Below, piece after piece: positions 55,349 to 64,000 of a stretch of 64,000 nucleotides of DNA (positions are counted from its first letter, which is position 1; every line of letters begins with the position of its first letter). The translations under genes were made by a program, and so were the position numbers. The stretch is from the NCBI RefSeq assembly GCF_988243305.1, contig NZ_OZ547136.1. One strand, written 5' to 3'. The notes under the pieces are model-generated. The model was not told the origin of the DNA. It saw nothing but the letters and a program-made list of their open reading frames with translations, and ran no database searches.

Positions 55349-55813
55349 TCATCGCAAATGATGCACCACCTGATTGCTGCTGCCGCGCCAGATCAGGGAA
55401 GGGTCTTTTAAATCCTGCACAAATTTGCCGTCGACCAGTACGTTAATCAAATCAACAACCTGCATTTGCGCAGCGTTGAGATCGTCGAGTTTATAGCCTG
55501 TCCACACCCAGATGTCTTTATCCGGACACTCGGCGCGGATGCGTTTTACCAGTTTCAGAATATCCGGCACGTTTTGCGGATGCAGCGGATCGCCGCCGGA
55601 GAGGGAAATCCCCTGGCGTTTGATACGAGTGTCATTCAGATCGTTAATGATCTGGTCTTCCATTGCTTTGGTAAATGGCTGACCAGAATTTACCCGCCAT
55701 GTGCTTTTGTTATAGCAACCGGGGCATTCATGAACACACCCGGAGACAAACAGGGTGCAGCGAGTGCCGGGGCCGTTGACGATGTCGACAGGATAGTACT
55801 GATGATAATTCAT
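55349..55813 (-). CDS. nrdG: Anaerobic ribonucleotide reductase activating protein (radical SAM)
   Basis: 154-aa MNYHQYYPVDIVNGPGTRCTLFVSGCVHECPGCYNKSTW... with CxxxCxxC cluster motif. Confidence 0.9.
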   Translation of the reverse strand: MNYHQYYPVDIVNGPGTRCTLFVSGCVHECPGCYNKSTWRVNSGQPFTKAMEDQIINDLNDTRIKRQGISLSGGDPLHPQNVPDILKLVKRIRAECPDKDIWVWTGYKLDDLNAAQMQVVDLINVLVDGKFVQDLKDPSLIWRGSSNQVVHHLR

Positions 55814-55849
55814 TATTTCGCCTGGCTTATCAGTCCGCGTGTAGGCTGC

Positions 55850-55965
<116 letters not shown>

Positions 55966-55972
55966 GTGAAGA

Positions 55973-58111
55973 TTAACCTATCTGCCCATTCCCCAAATGT
56001 TTAACGCGGCGCTTAACTTCTTCCTGCTTACCAGCGTTAAACGGACGTGCATCCGGGCTACCTAAATATCCGCACACGCGGCGAGTTACCGACACACGGG
56101 AGGCGTCATGGTTACCACATTTCGGGCAAGTGAAGCCTTTGCTGGTGCACTCGAACTCACCGGTAAAGCCACACTCGTAGCACTCATCAATCGGTGTATT
56201 GGTGCCGTAATACGGTACATGCTGATAGCTGTAATCCCAGACATCTTCCAGCGCTTTCAGGTTGTGCTGAATGTTTGGATACTCGCCGTAGCAAATGAAA
56301 CCACCGTTCGCCAGCGGCGGGTAAGGCGCTTCAAAGTCGATCTTGTCGTACGGGTTCACCTTCTTCTCCACATCAAGGTGGAAACTGTTGGTGTAGTAAC
56401 CTTTATCGGTCACGCCCGGCACCACGCCAAACTCAGCAGTATCGAGACGGCAGAAGCGGTCGCACAGGTTTTCACTCGGCGTGCTGTAGAGACTGAAACC
56501 ATAACCCGTTTCTTCTTTCCACTGATCCACTGCCTGACGCAGACGTTCAACAATCGCGATACCTTTCGCGCGGAGCTGCTCGTTGTCGTAAACATGCTCG
56601 CCGCCGAACAGCGCGTTAATGGTTTCGTGGATGCCGATGTAACCCAGCGAAATAGACGCACGACCGTTTTTGAAGATTTCAGAAACATCATCGTCAGCAT
56701 TCAGACGCACGCCACAAGCACCTTCCATATAAAGGATCGGGGCCACGCGCGCTTTCACGCCTTCCAGACGAGCGATACGGGTCATCAGCGCCTTACGTGC
56801 CAGCACCAGACGTTCATCCAGCAGCTTCCAGAAGGTGGCTTCATCGCCTTTTGCTTCCAGAGCAATACGCGGCAGGTTCAGGCTGATCACGCCGAGGTTG
56901 TTACGACCATCGTGGATCTGCTCGCCGTTTTCATTTTCCCACACGCCGAGGAAGCTGCGGCAGCCCATCGGGGTTTTAAACGAACCGGTGACTTTCACTA
57001 CCTGATCGTAGTTCAGGATATCCGGATACATGCGCTTGCTTGCGCACTCCAGCGCCAGCTGTTTGATGTCGTAGTTCGGATCGCCTTTTTTATGGTTCAG
57101 ACCATCGCGAATCGCAAACACCAGTTTCGGGAACACCGCAGTTTTACGGTTTTTACCGAGACCTGCGATACGGTTACGCAGGATAGATTCCTGAATCAGG
57201 CGCGATTCCCAGCTGGTGCCCAGACCAAAACCAAAAGTTACAAACGGCGTTTGACCGTTGGCGGTATGCAGGGTGTTTACTTCGTACTCCAGCGACTGGA
57301 AGGCATCGTAGCACTCTTTAATGGTACGAGAGTTAGCGTAGCCTTCTGCGTCCGGGATGTTCCACTCTTCTGCGGTCTTGCGATGTTTGTTGTAGCTGGC
57401 GGTGACAAACGGTGCCAGCACTTCATCGATACGGTTAATGGTGGTGCCGCCATAAATATGGCTGGCAACCTGAGCAATAATCTGCGCAGTTACCGCGGTT
57501 GCCGTTGAGATCGACTTCGGCGGTTCAATCTCGGCGTTCCCCATTTTAAAGCCCTGGGTCAGCATGCCTTTCAGGTCGATCAACATGCAGTTGAACATCG
57601 GGAAAAACGGTGAGTAATCGAGATCGTGATAGTGAATATCGCCACGCTCATGTGCCTGCACCACGTCACGCGGCAGCAGGTGCTGACGTGCATAGTGTTT
57701 AGCCACGATCCCGGCCAGCAGGTCGCGCTGGGTTGGAATCACCTTGCTGTCTTTGTTGGCGTTTTCGTTGAGTAACGAGGCGTTGGTCTGCTCGACCAGA
57801 CCACGGATCTCCTGGTTCAGGCGACCGCGTTTTTCACGTTCAATGTCGCGATCGTGACGGTACTCGATGTAAGCGCGAGCCAGTTGTTTGTATGGACCCG
57901 ACATCAGCTGGTTTTCAACTGCGGTCTGGATCTCGTTGATATCCACCTGGTTGCGGCCCTGCATCTGCTCGCTGACAACCGCGGCAACAGTGGCGCAATA
58001 ATCGGCATCATCGACTTCCGCTGCTTTAGCTGCACGCAGAATCGCTTCTTTGATGCGCTCTGATTTAAACGGCACTTTGCAGCCGTCTCGTTTCATCACA
58101 TGCGGTGTCAT
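55973..58111 (-). CDS. nrdD: Anaerobic ribonucleoside-triphosphate reductase
   Basis: 712-aa MTPHVMKRDGCKVPFKSERIKEAI... with C-terminal glycyl-radical motif (...RVCGYLG...). Confidence 0.9.
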   Translation of the reverse strand: MTPHVMKRDGCKVPFKSERIKEAILRAAKAAEVDDADYCATVAAVVSEQMQGRNQVDINEIQTAVENQLMSGPYKQLARAYIEYRHDRDIEREKRGRLNQEIRGLVEQTNASLLNENANKDSKVIPTQRDLLAGIVAKHYARQHLLPRDVVQAHERGDIHYHDLDYSPFFPMFNCMLIDLKGMLTQGFKMGNAEIEPPKSISTATAVTAQIIAQVASHIYGGTTINRIDEVLAPFVTASYNKHRKTAEEWNIPDAEGYANSRTIKECYDAFQSLEYEVNTLHTANGQTPFVTFGFGLGTSWESRLIQESILRNRIAGLGKNRKTAVFPKLVFAIRDGLNHKKGDPNYDIKQLALECASKRMYPDILNYDQVVKVTGSFKTPMGCRSFLGVWENENGEQIHDGRNNLGVISLNLPRIALEAKGDEATFWKLLDERLVLARKALMTRIARLEGVKARVAPILYMEGACGVRLNADDDVSEIFKNGRASISLGYIGIHETINALFGGEHVYDNEQLRAKGIAIVERLRQAVDQWKEETGYGFSLYSTPSENLCDRFCRLDTAEFGVVPGVTDKGYYTNSFHLDVEKKVNPYDKIDFEAPYPPLANGGFICYGEYPNIQHNLKALEDVWDYSYQHVPYYGTNTPIDECYECGFTGEFECTSKGFTCPKCGNHDASRVSVTRRVCGYLGSPDARPFNAGKQEEVKRRVKHLGNGQIG

Positions 58112-58504
58112 GATCGCTCCATATTTTTAAGAACAGGTTATCCACAGAAATTGGGAAAGGCGTTTTCCGGTTTTTTCGTTTCGTTTTCCGGTGCTTTCCG
58201 CAATCGCCATCCGCTTATCCACAACGCCGCACCTTTTTCGTGGGGAGCTGTAGTAGCAATTATAGTCGATTAATACAACATATTGGGTTGGGACGCATTT
58301 TAAAGTCTATATATAGTGCTTTGCATCAAGGATGTTTTAACTTTTTTTGATGTAGCTCAAAGTAAAAAGCAGAGCGTACGGATGACGGGCGCTACAGCGT
58401 TATGTAAATTTTTTAATGAATTTGCTGGTTGAAAAATCAACAAAAACAACATGCTGACAGACAAAACCCCGGAATGACCGGCATTACCGGGGCTTAGGGA
58501 AGAT

Positions 58505-60160
58505 TTACTTCTGTAACCACCAGACAGCCTCAAAAGGCCGTAAATTCATGGCACAGGGTTGTGGTGAGGCTTCTTCGTAGTTATGCATCACAAGCTGCCA
58601 GTTGCCGCGCATTTGCCCTGGCTGCCAGGGTTGGATCTCACGGCTAAGGTTGGCAATGACCAGCAAGGTTTGCCCCTTCCATTCACGGCGATAGCACCAC
58701 AATACAGGGCTGTTTGGCAGCAGATCCTGGTAATTGCCCCATGTCAGGATGGCTTCTTGCTTACGCAGTGCGATTAACTTTTGGTAGGTGTAAAACACCG
58801 AGGACTCATCGGCCAGCGCGGCTTCTACGTTGATTTGTTGATAGTTATCGCCCAGGCCAATCCACGGTTCGCCAGCCGTAAACCCGGCATTATCGCCGTT
58901 GCTCCATTGCATGGGCGTGCGGCTGTTGTCACGGGATTTACTGGCGAGGATTGCCAATAACTCGTCGGCATCACGACCATCGTTGCGCAGCTCGGCAAAC
59001 ATATTGAGGCTCTCCACGTCGCGATAGTCAGTAATGCGCGTGAAATGCGGGTTGGTCATGCCAATCTCTTCGCCCTGGTAGATATACGGCGTTCCCTGCA
59101 TGCCATGCAGCACCATCGCCAGCATTTTTGCCGCAGGCACGCGGTATTCACCTTCATCACCAAAGCGAGAAATAATGCGCGGCTGATCGTGGTTACACCA
59201 GAACAAGGCATTCCATGCCACGTTGTGCATTCCTTGTTGCCAGTGGCGGAACAATGTTTTCAACGCCACAAAGTCAGGTTTAGCCAGCGTCCATTTTTCA
59301 CCACCGGGATAATCGACCTTCAGGTGATGAAAATTAAAGGTCATCGACAATTCACTGCCTGTCAGTGCCGCGTATCGCTGGCAATGCTCAAGGCTGGTGG
59401 AGGACATTTCACCTACGGTCATTAACCCGCGTGGCGTAAACACATCGCGGTTCATCTCGTGCAAAAACTCGTGTGCTCGTGGCCCGTCGGTGTAGAAGCG
59501 ACGCCCGTCGCCATCCAGGTCATCAGGGAAACGTGGGTCTTTGGAGATCAGATTCACCACATCCAGGCGCAACCCGTCGACCCCACGATCGGCCCAGAAC
59601 TCACAGACTTTTTTCAGCTCTGCGCGTACCGCTGGATTCTCCCAGTTGAGATCCGCCTGCTCTGGTGCAAAGAGATGCAAATAGTACTGTTCGCTTTCCG
59701 CATGCCAGCGCCACGCACTACCGCCAAATTTTGAACGCCAGTTGTTCGGTGGCGTTTCTGGTTCGCCATCGCGCCAGATATAAAACTGGCGGTAAGGGCT
59801 TTCTTTGTTCAGCGCCTCGCGAAACCAGGCATGTTGGGTAGAGGTATGGTTAAACACCATATCGAGAATGATACGAATCCCGCGCGATTTTGCCTGCGTC
59901 ACCAGTTCGTCAAAATCGTCCAGCGTGCCGTAGGTGGGATCAATCGCCGTATAGTTCGCTACATCGTAACCGTTATCGACCTGGGGAGAGACATAAAAGG
60001 GGGTTAGCCAGATGGCATCAACGCCCAGTTTATGCAGATAGTCCAGGCGTTGGATAACGCCACGTAAATCGCCGGTGCCGCTACCCGTGGTGTCCTGAAA
60101 ACTCTTTGGATAAATCTGGTAGATAACGCCGTTTTGCCACCAGTGGGGAAGATTAGTCAT
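58505..60160 (-). CDS. treC: Trehalose-6-phosphate hydrolase (GH13)
   Basis: 551-aa MTNLPHWWQNGVIYQIYPKSFQDTTGSGTGDLRGVIQRLDYL...; start at ATG 60158-60160. Confidence 0.9.
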   Translation of the reverse strand: MTNLPHWWQNGVIYQIYPKSFQDTTGSGTGDLRGVIQRLDYLHKLGVDAIWLTPFYVSPQVDNGYDVANYTAIDPTYGTLDDFDELVTQAKSRGIRIILDMVFNHTSTQHAWFREALNKESPYRQFYIWRDGEPETPPNNWRSKFGGSAWRWHAESEQYYLHLFAPEQADLNWENPAVRAELKKVCEFWADRGVDGLRLDVVNLISKDPRFPDDLDGDGRRFYTDGPRAHEFLHEMNRDVFTPRGLMTVGEMSSTSLEHCQRYAALTGSELSMTFNFHHLKVDYPGGEKWTLAKPDFVALKTLFRHWQQGMHNVAWNALFWCNHDQPRIISRFGDEGEYRVPAAKMLAMVLHGMQGTPYIYQGEEIGMTNPHFTRITDYRDVESLNMFAELRNDGRDADELLAILASKSRDNSRTPMQWSNGDNAGFTAGEPWIGLGDNYQQINVEAALADESSVFYTYQKLIALRKQEAILTWGNYQDLLPNSPVLWCYRREWKGQTLLVIANLSREIQPWQPGQMRGNWQLVMHNYEEASPQPCAMNLRPFEAVWWLQK

Positions 60161-60209
60161 TACGTTATTCCTGCAAATGCGAGGGGGCGCAATTGCGCCC
60201 CGAAGAAAA

Positions 60210-61631
60210 TTAAACAATGTCCAGCGTGCCCAGGCGGTATTTCCGCTGATAGATAAACGAGGTGAGTACAATCGGGATGATGATGGCGATAGCCATTGCC
60301 AGCGCAAACACCTGCCAGTAGCTCGGTTGAATCGAGAGAATTCCCGGCAGGCCGCCTACGCCGATACCATTCGCCATAACGCCGTTCAGGCCGCATAGCA
60401 ATCCTGCCAGACCAGAACCAATCATCGCGCACAGCATCGGGAAGCGATATTTCAGGTTGATGCCGTACATTGCAGGCTCAGTGACCCCAAGCCAGGCGGA
60501 GATAGCGGCAGGCACGGAGATCTCGCGCTCATTGTGCTTGCGGCTGGAAATGATAATGCCTATTACGGCGGAGCCCTGAGCGATATTCGACAGCGCAATC
60601 AGCGGCCACACTGGCGTGCCACCCATGCTTTGAATCATCTGCAAATCAATAGCAAGGGTGGTCTGGTGTACGCCGGTGATCACCAGCGGCGCGTACAGGA
60701 AGCCAAACAATGCCGCACCAATCGGAGCAAAGCTGCCGGTCATCAGGTGACGTACCGCAAAGGCAACGCCATCGCCAATCATGCGACCAAACGGACCAAT
60801 CAGCGCATGGGCGAGGAACACCGCGAGGATCAGCGAACAGACGGGTACCACCACCAGATAGAGGTAATCCGGCACGATGCGTTTAAGGCGAGTTTCAATA
60901 ACGCCCAGCGCCAGTCCGGCTAACAGTGCCGGGATCACCTGCGCCTGATAGCCTACTTTGGCGATGCTGAACATGCCAAAGTCCCACACTTCCGGCAGCT
61001 GCTGCCCGAGCAGATAAGCGTTCATCAGCTGTGGAGAAACCAGTGTCACGCCAAGCACGATACCAAGGATCGGCGTGCCGCCCATTTTTTTCACCGCTGA
61101 CCAGCAAATACCGACCGGCAGGTAGAAGAAGATCGCTTCACCGATCAACCACAGAAAATCGTAGATCGTTTGCAGGGAAGGGTACATTTGCGCCAGCGTC
61201 TGACCGTTGCTCATGGGCAAATCGCCGATCACATTGCGAAAACCGAGGATCAAACCGCCGCTGATCAACGCGGGCAGCAACGGGAAGAAGATCTCCGCGA
61301 AATGAGAGATCAACTGCTCATGCCATTTCATATTCTGCCGGGCGGCTTTTTTTACCTGCTCTTTATCAACCTGCGCCTGTCCGGTTGACGCAATCAGTGC
61401 TTGATAGTAATCACCCACGTTGGTGCCAATCACCACCTGAAATTGCCCGGCATTGGTGAAACAGCCTTTCACCATGGGGAGTTGCTCAATTTCTTTCGGT
61501 CTGGCATTGGCCGGTTGGTTGAGGACAAAGCGCAGGCGAGTAATACAGTGGCTCACCGTCGCAATATTGCCGCGCCCGCCGACCAGTTCAATCAACCGAT
61601 CGATATCCGTTTGGTTTATTTTGCTCATCAT
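60210..61631 (-). CDS. treB: PTS trehalose-specific EIIBC component
   Basis: 473-aa MMSKINQTDIDRLIELVGGRGNIATVSHCITRLRF... Confidence 0.9.
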   Translation of the reverse strand: MMSKINQTDIDRLIELVGGRGNIATVSHCITRLRFVLNQPANARPKEIEQLPMVKGCFTNAGQFQVVIGTNVGDYYQALIASTGQAQVDKEQVKKAARQNMKWHEQLISHFAEIFFPLLPALISGGLILGFRNVIGDLPMSNGQTLAQMYPSLQTIYDFLWLIGEAIFFYLPVGICWSAVKKMGGTPILGIVLGVTLVSPQLMNAYLLGQQLPEVWDFGMFSIAKVGYQAQVIPALLAGLALGVIETRLKRIVPDYLYLVVVPVCSLILAVFLAHALIGPFGRMIGDGVAFAVRHLMTGSFAPIGAALFGFLYAPLVITGVHQTTLAIDLQMIQSMGGTPVWPLIALSNIAQGSAVIGIIISSRKHNEREISVPAAISAWLGVTEPAMYGINLKYRFPMLCAMIGSGLAGLLCGLNGVMANGIGVGGLPGILSIQPSYWQVFALAMAIAIIIPIVLTSFIYQRKYRLGTLDIV

Positions 61632-61749
61632 AAAGCCCCATGGCAGATGACATTTTTGGTTGGCTGCAGAATATATTGCGCGGAAAAATTTAAAAACGGG
61701 AACGTTCCCGAAACGCAGCGAAGATCACAATTTATCGTTCAGGAAACGA

Positions 61750-62697
61750 TCAGGACAGGGTGGCGGGGATGATGATTTGTTGCGGTTCGCTGCGCCCGGT
61801 TACCTGCGCGATCAACTGGCAGGCCGCCTGGCGTCCAGCTTCGGCGTAACCGGGATCTACGGTGACGATCTCCGGATGGAGGAATTTCATTAACGGTGTA
61901 TTACCGACGCTCGCCAGTTGCAAGGTGTCGATGCGTTGCTCTTGCAGGTATTTACTTGCGCCAAGTGCCAGCGTGTCGGTTGCGCACAGTAACGCAGTAG
62001 TTTCAGGCGTAATCACTTTTGCCACGTTCTCATAGCCTTGCTTCATAGCAAGCCCTGGCAGAGCGGCAACGGGATGCAGTTTATGCGCTTTGCAGAACGC
62101 CAGGTAGGCTTCGTGACGTCGCTTACCGGTTGTCACGTCACTATGCGGCACGCCGAGATAACTGATATTACGATGCCCCTGGTCATACAGCCGTTGCATC
62201 AGGATCTTGATTGCCCCTTCGTCGTCATAACAGACCGAAGCAAAGCCTTTTGCGTCACGCGCCAGCAGAACCAGCGATGACTGCCAGTGGGCTAACATTT
62301 CTTCTGTTATGCCAGTAAAACCGAACAGCACTACGCCGTCGATATTACGCCGTTTCAGCACCCCCAAATGTTCGGCAACTAATTGCGGGGAAAACTGACT
62401 TTCCATCATGATTGGGTCGTAACCTTGTTCATAGAACGCTGGCAGCATGGTTTGAACGGCGAGATTTTCTGACAACGAATCCAGGCGGGTAACAATGATG
62501 GCGACCACTTTATCGCTTTGCCCACGCATAGCGCGCGCAGAGCGGGAAGGGGAAAATCCATGCTGATTCATCACTGCTTCAACACGCTCGCGGGTGCGCT
62601 GGCTCACGCCGCTTTCGTTATTCAGCACCCGGGAAACTGTAGATTTCCCCACGCCGCTTAAGCGTGCGATGTCTTTGATGGTCAGCCGATTTTGCAT
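61750..62697 (-). CDS. treR: LacI-family trehalose operon repressor
   Basis: 315-aa MQNRLTIKDIARLSGVGKSTVSRVLNNESGVSQRTRERVEAVMNQHGF... Confidence 0.9.
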   Translation of the reverse strand: MQNRLTIKDIARLSGVGKSTVSRVLNNESGVSQRTRERVEAVMNQHGFSPSRSARAMRGQSDKVVAIIVTRLDSLSENLAVQTMLPAFYEQGYDPIMMESQFSPQLVAEHLGVLKRRNIDGVVLFGFTGITEEMLAHWQSSLVLLARDAKGFASVCYDDEGAIKILMQRLYDQGHRNISYLGVPHSDVTTGKRRHEAYLAFCKAHKLHPVAALPGLAMKQGYENVAKVITPETTALLCATDTLALGASKYLQEQRIDTLQLASVGNTPLMKFLHPEIVTVDPGYAEAGRQAACQLIAQVTGRSEPQQIIIPATLS

Positions 62698-62699
62698 CC

Positions 62700-63075
62700 T
62701 GTTGTCCTGTAACGTGTTGTTTAATTATTTGAGCCTAACTTTACCCGTGCATTCAGCAATGGGTAAAGTCTGGTTTATCGTTGGTTTAGTTGCCAGCAGG
62801 TATTATATCGCCATAGATGCTACGAATATTATTGGATTCTCCTTATTATTTGCGGCGCTTTTTTCACTTACCGGAGGTTATATGGAACCTGATCCCACGC
62901 CTCTCCCTCGACGGAGATTAAAACTTTTCCGGTAAGCCCGTCTTTTCACGGCGTTACCGGATGCGTAAGGCCGTGACGTTTTAACGTCCCTGCTCAGCTT
63001 TATTACCTTCAGGTAAGGCTTCGCCACGCCTGAAGACATTTCTGTACTGTTTCAGACAGTGCGGAGGGACTCCTT
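62700..63075 (+). promoter_or_regulatory. mgtA promoter and Mg2+/proline-sensing leader region
   Basis: Long 5' leader between treR and mgtA containing the short proline-rich mgtL ORF. Confidence 0.6.
62882..62935 (+). CDS. mgtL: mgtA leader peptide
   Basis: 17-codon [20 protein letters not shown] ending about 140 nt upstream of mgtA. Confidence 0.7.
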
Positions 63076-64000
63076 ATGTTTAAAGAAATTTTTACCCGGC
63101 TCATTCGCCATTTACCTTCCCGTCTGGTTCATCGCGATCCATTGCCTGGCGCGCAGCAGACAGTGAATACGGCGGTCCCGCCGTCCTTAAGTGCGCATTG
63201 CCTGAAAATGGCGGTGATGCCCGAAGAAGAATTATGGAAAACGTTCGACACCCATCCGGAAGGGTTAAATCAGGCGGAAGTGGAATCTGCCCGCGAACAA
63301 CATGGTGAAAATAAATTACCCGCACAACAACCGTCGCCGTGGTGGGTACATTTATGGGTCTGCTATCGCAACCCCTTTAATATTTTACTCACCATTCTCG
63401 GCGCTATTTCTTACGCCACGGAAGATTTATTTGCCGCGGGCGTTATCGCGCTAATGGTCGCTATTTCAACGTTGCTGAACTTTATTCAGGAAGCACGTTC
63501 CACTAAAGCGGCAGATGCCCTGAAAGCGATGGTCAGCAATACCGCGACGGTGCTGCGCGTAATTAACGACAAAGGCGAAAATGGCTGGCTGGAGATCCCG
63601 ATCGACCAGCTGGTGCCCGGCGATATTATAAAACTGGCGGCGGGAGATATGATCCCGGCAGATTTACGTATCTTGCAGGCGCGGGATCTGTTCGTCGCTC
63701 AGGCGTCGTTAACCGGTGAGTCTCTGCCCGTAGAAAAAGCCGCTACCACTCGCCAGCCGGAGCACAGCAATCCGCTGGAGTGCGATACCCTGTGTTTTAT
63801 GGGCACCACCGTGGTGAGCGGCACGGCACAAGCAATGGTGATTGCTACAGGAGCCAACACCTGGTTTGGTCAACTGGCGGGGCGTGTTAGTGAGCAGGAA
63901 AGCGAGCCGAATGCCTTTCAGCAGGGGATCAGCCGCGTCAGTATGCTGCTGATTCGCTTTATGCTGGTGATGGCTCCGGTGGTGTTGCTTATCAACGGTT
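63076..64000 (+). CDS. mgtA: Mg2+-importing P-type ATPase (5' partial; runs off window)
   Basis: MFKEIFTRLIRHLPSRLVHRDPLPGAQQTVNTAVPPSLSAHCLKMAV... continuing to the window end. Confidence 0.9.
   Translation, partial: MFKEIFTRLIRHLPSRLVHRDPLPGAQQTVNTAVPPSLSAHCLKMAVMPEEELWKTFDTHPEGLNQAEVESAREQHGENKLPAQQPSPWWVHLWVCYRNPFNILLTILGAISYATEDLFAAGVIALMVAISTLLNFIQEARSTKAADALKAMVSNTATVLRVINDKGENGWLEIPIDQLVPGDIIKLAAGDMIPADLRILQARDLFVAQASLTGESLPVEKAATTRQPEHSNPLECDTLCFMGTTVVSGTAQAMVIATGANTWFGQLAGRVSEQESEPNAFQQGISRVSMLLIRFMLVMAPVVLLING

Noticed and set aside
56108-57508. 466-aa plus-strand ORF
   Set aside because: Lies entirely antisense within nrdD, which is strongly supported; low-complexity R/V/A-rich translation.

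Overview
This window is an Escherichia/Shigella-type chromosomal segment matching the E. coli K-12 ula–rpsF–cycA–cpdB–ytfL–msrA–tamAB–ppa–ytfQRT–fbp–mpl–nrdDG–treBC–mgtA region. All gene names come from reading the translated ORFs against proteins recalled from memory; no search was run. The right two thirds (about 18.7–64 kb) are conserved core genes in the K-12 order, punctuated by REP/BIME palindromes. The left third (1–18.7 kb) is AT-rich, IS-laden and decayed: an IS3-family element (IS629-like) whose orfB is split by a complete group II intron, a sigma-54-controlled amino-acid catabolic operon, a defective IS630-like element, idnD/idnO/idnR/yjgR pseudogene remnants, and a P4-type integrase abutting a 5'-truncated ulaE. 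An IS1 lies between rplI and ytfB, and chpSB is absent between ytfP and ppa. The standout feature is an IS110-family element at 36198–37468, which I recognise as IS621, inserted in a REP unit between ytfL and msrA. It encodes a 326-aa DEDD/Ser recombinase preceded by a 177-nt structured non-coding RNA whose internal loops match the flanking target and the element's own end, i.e. a bridge (guide) RNA for programmable recombination. No rRNA, tRNA or CRISPR array was seen.
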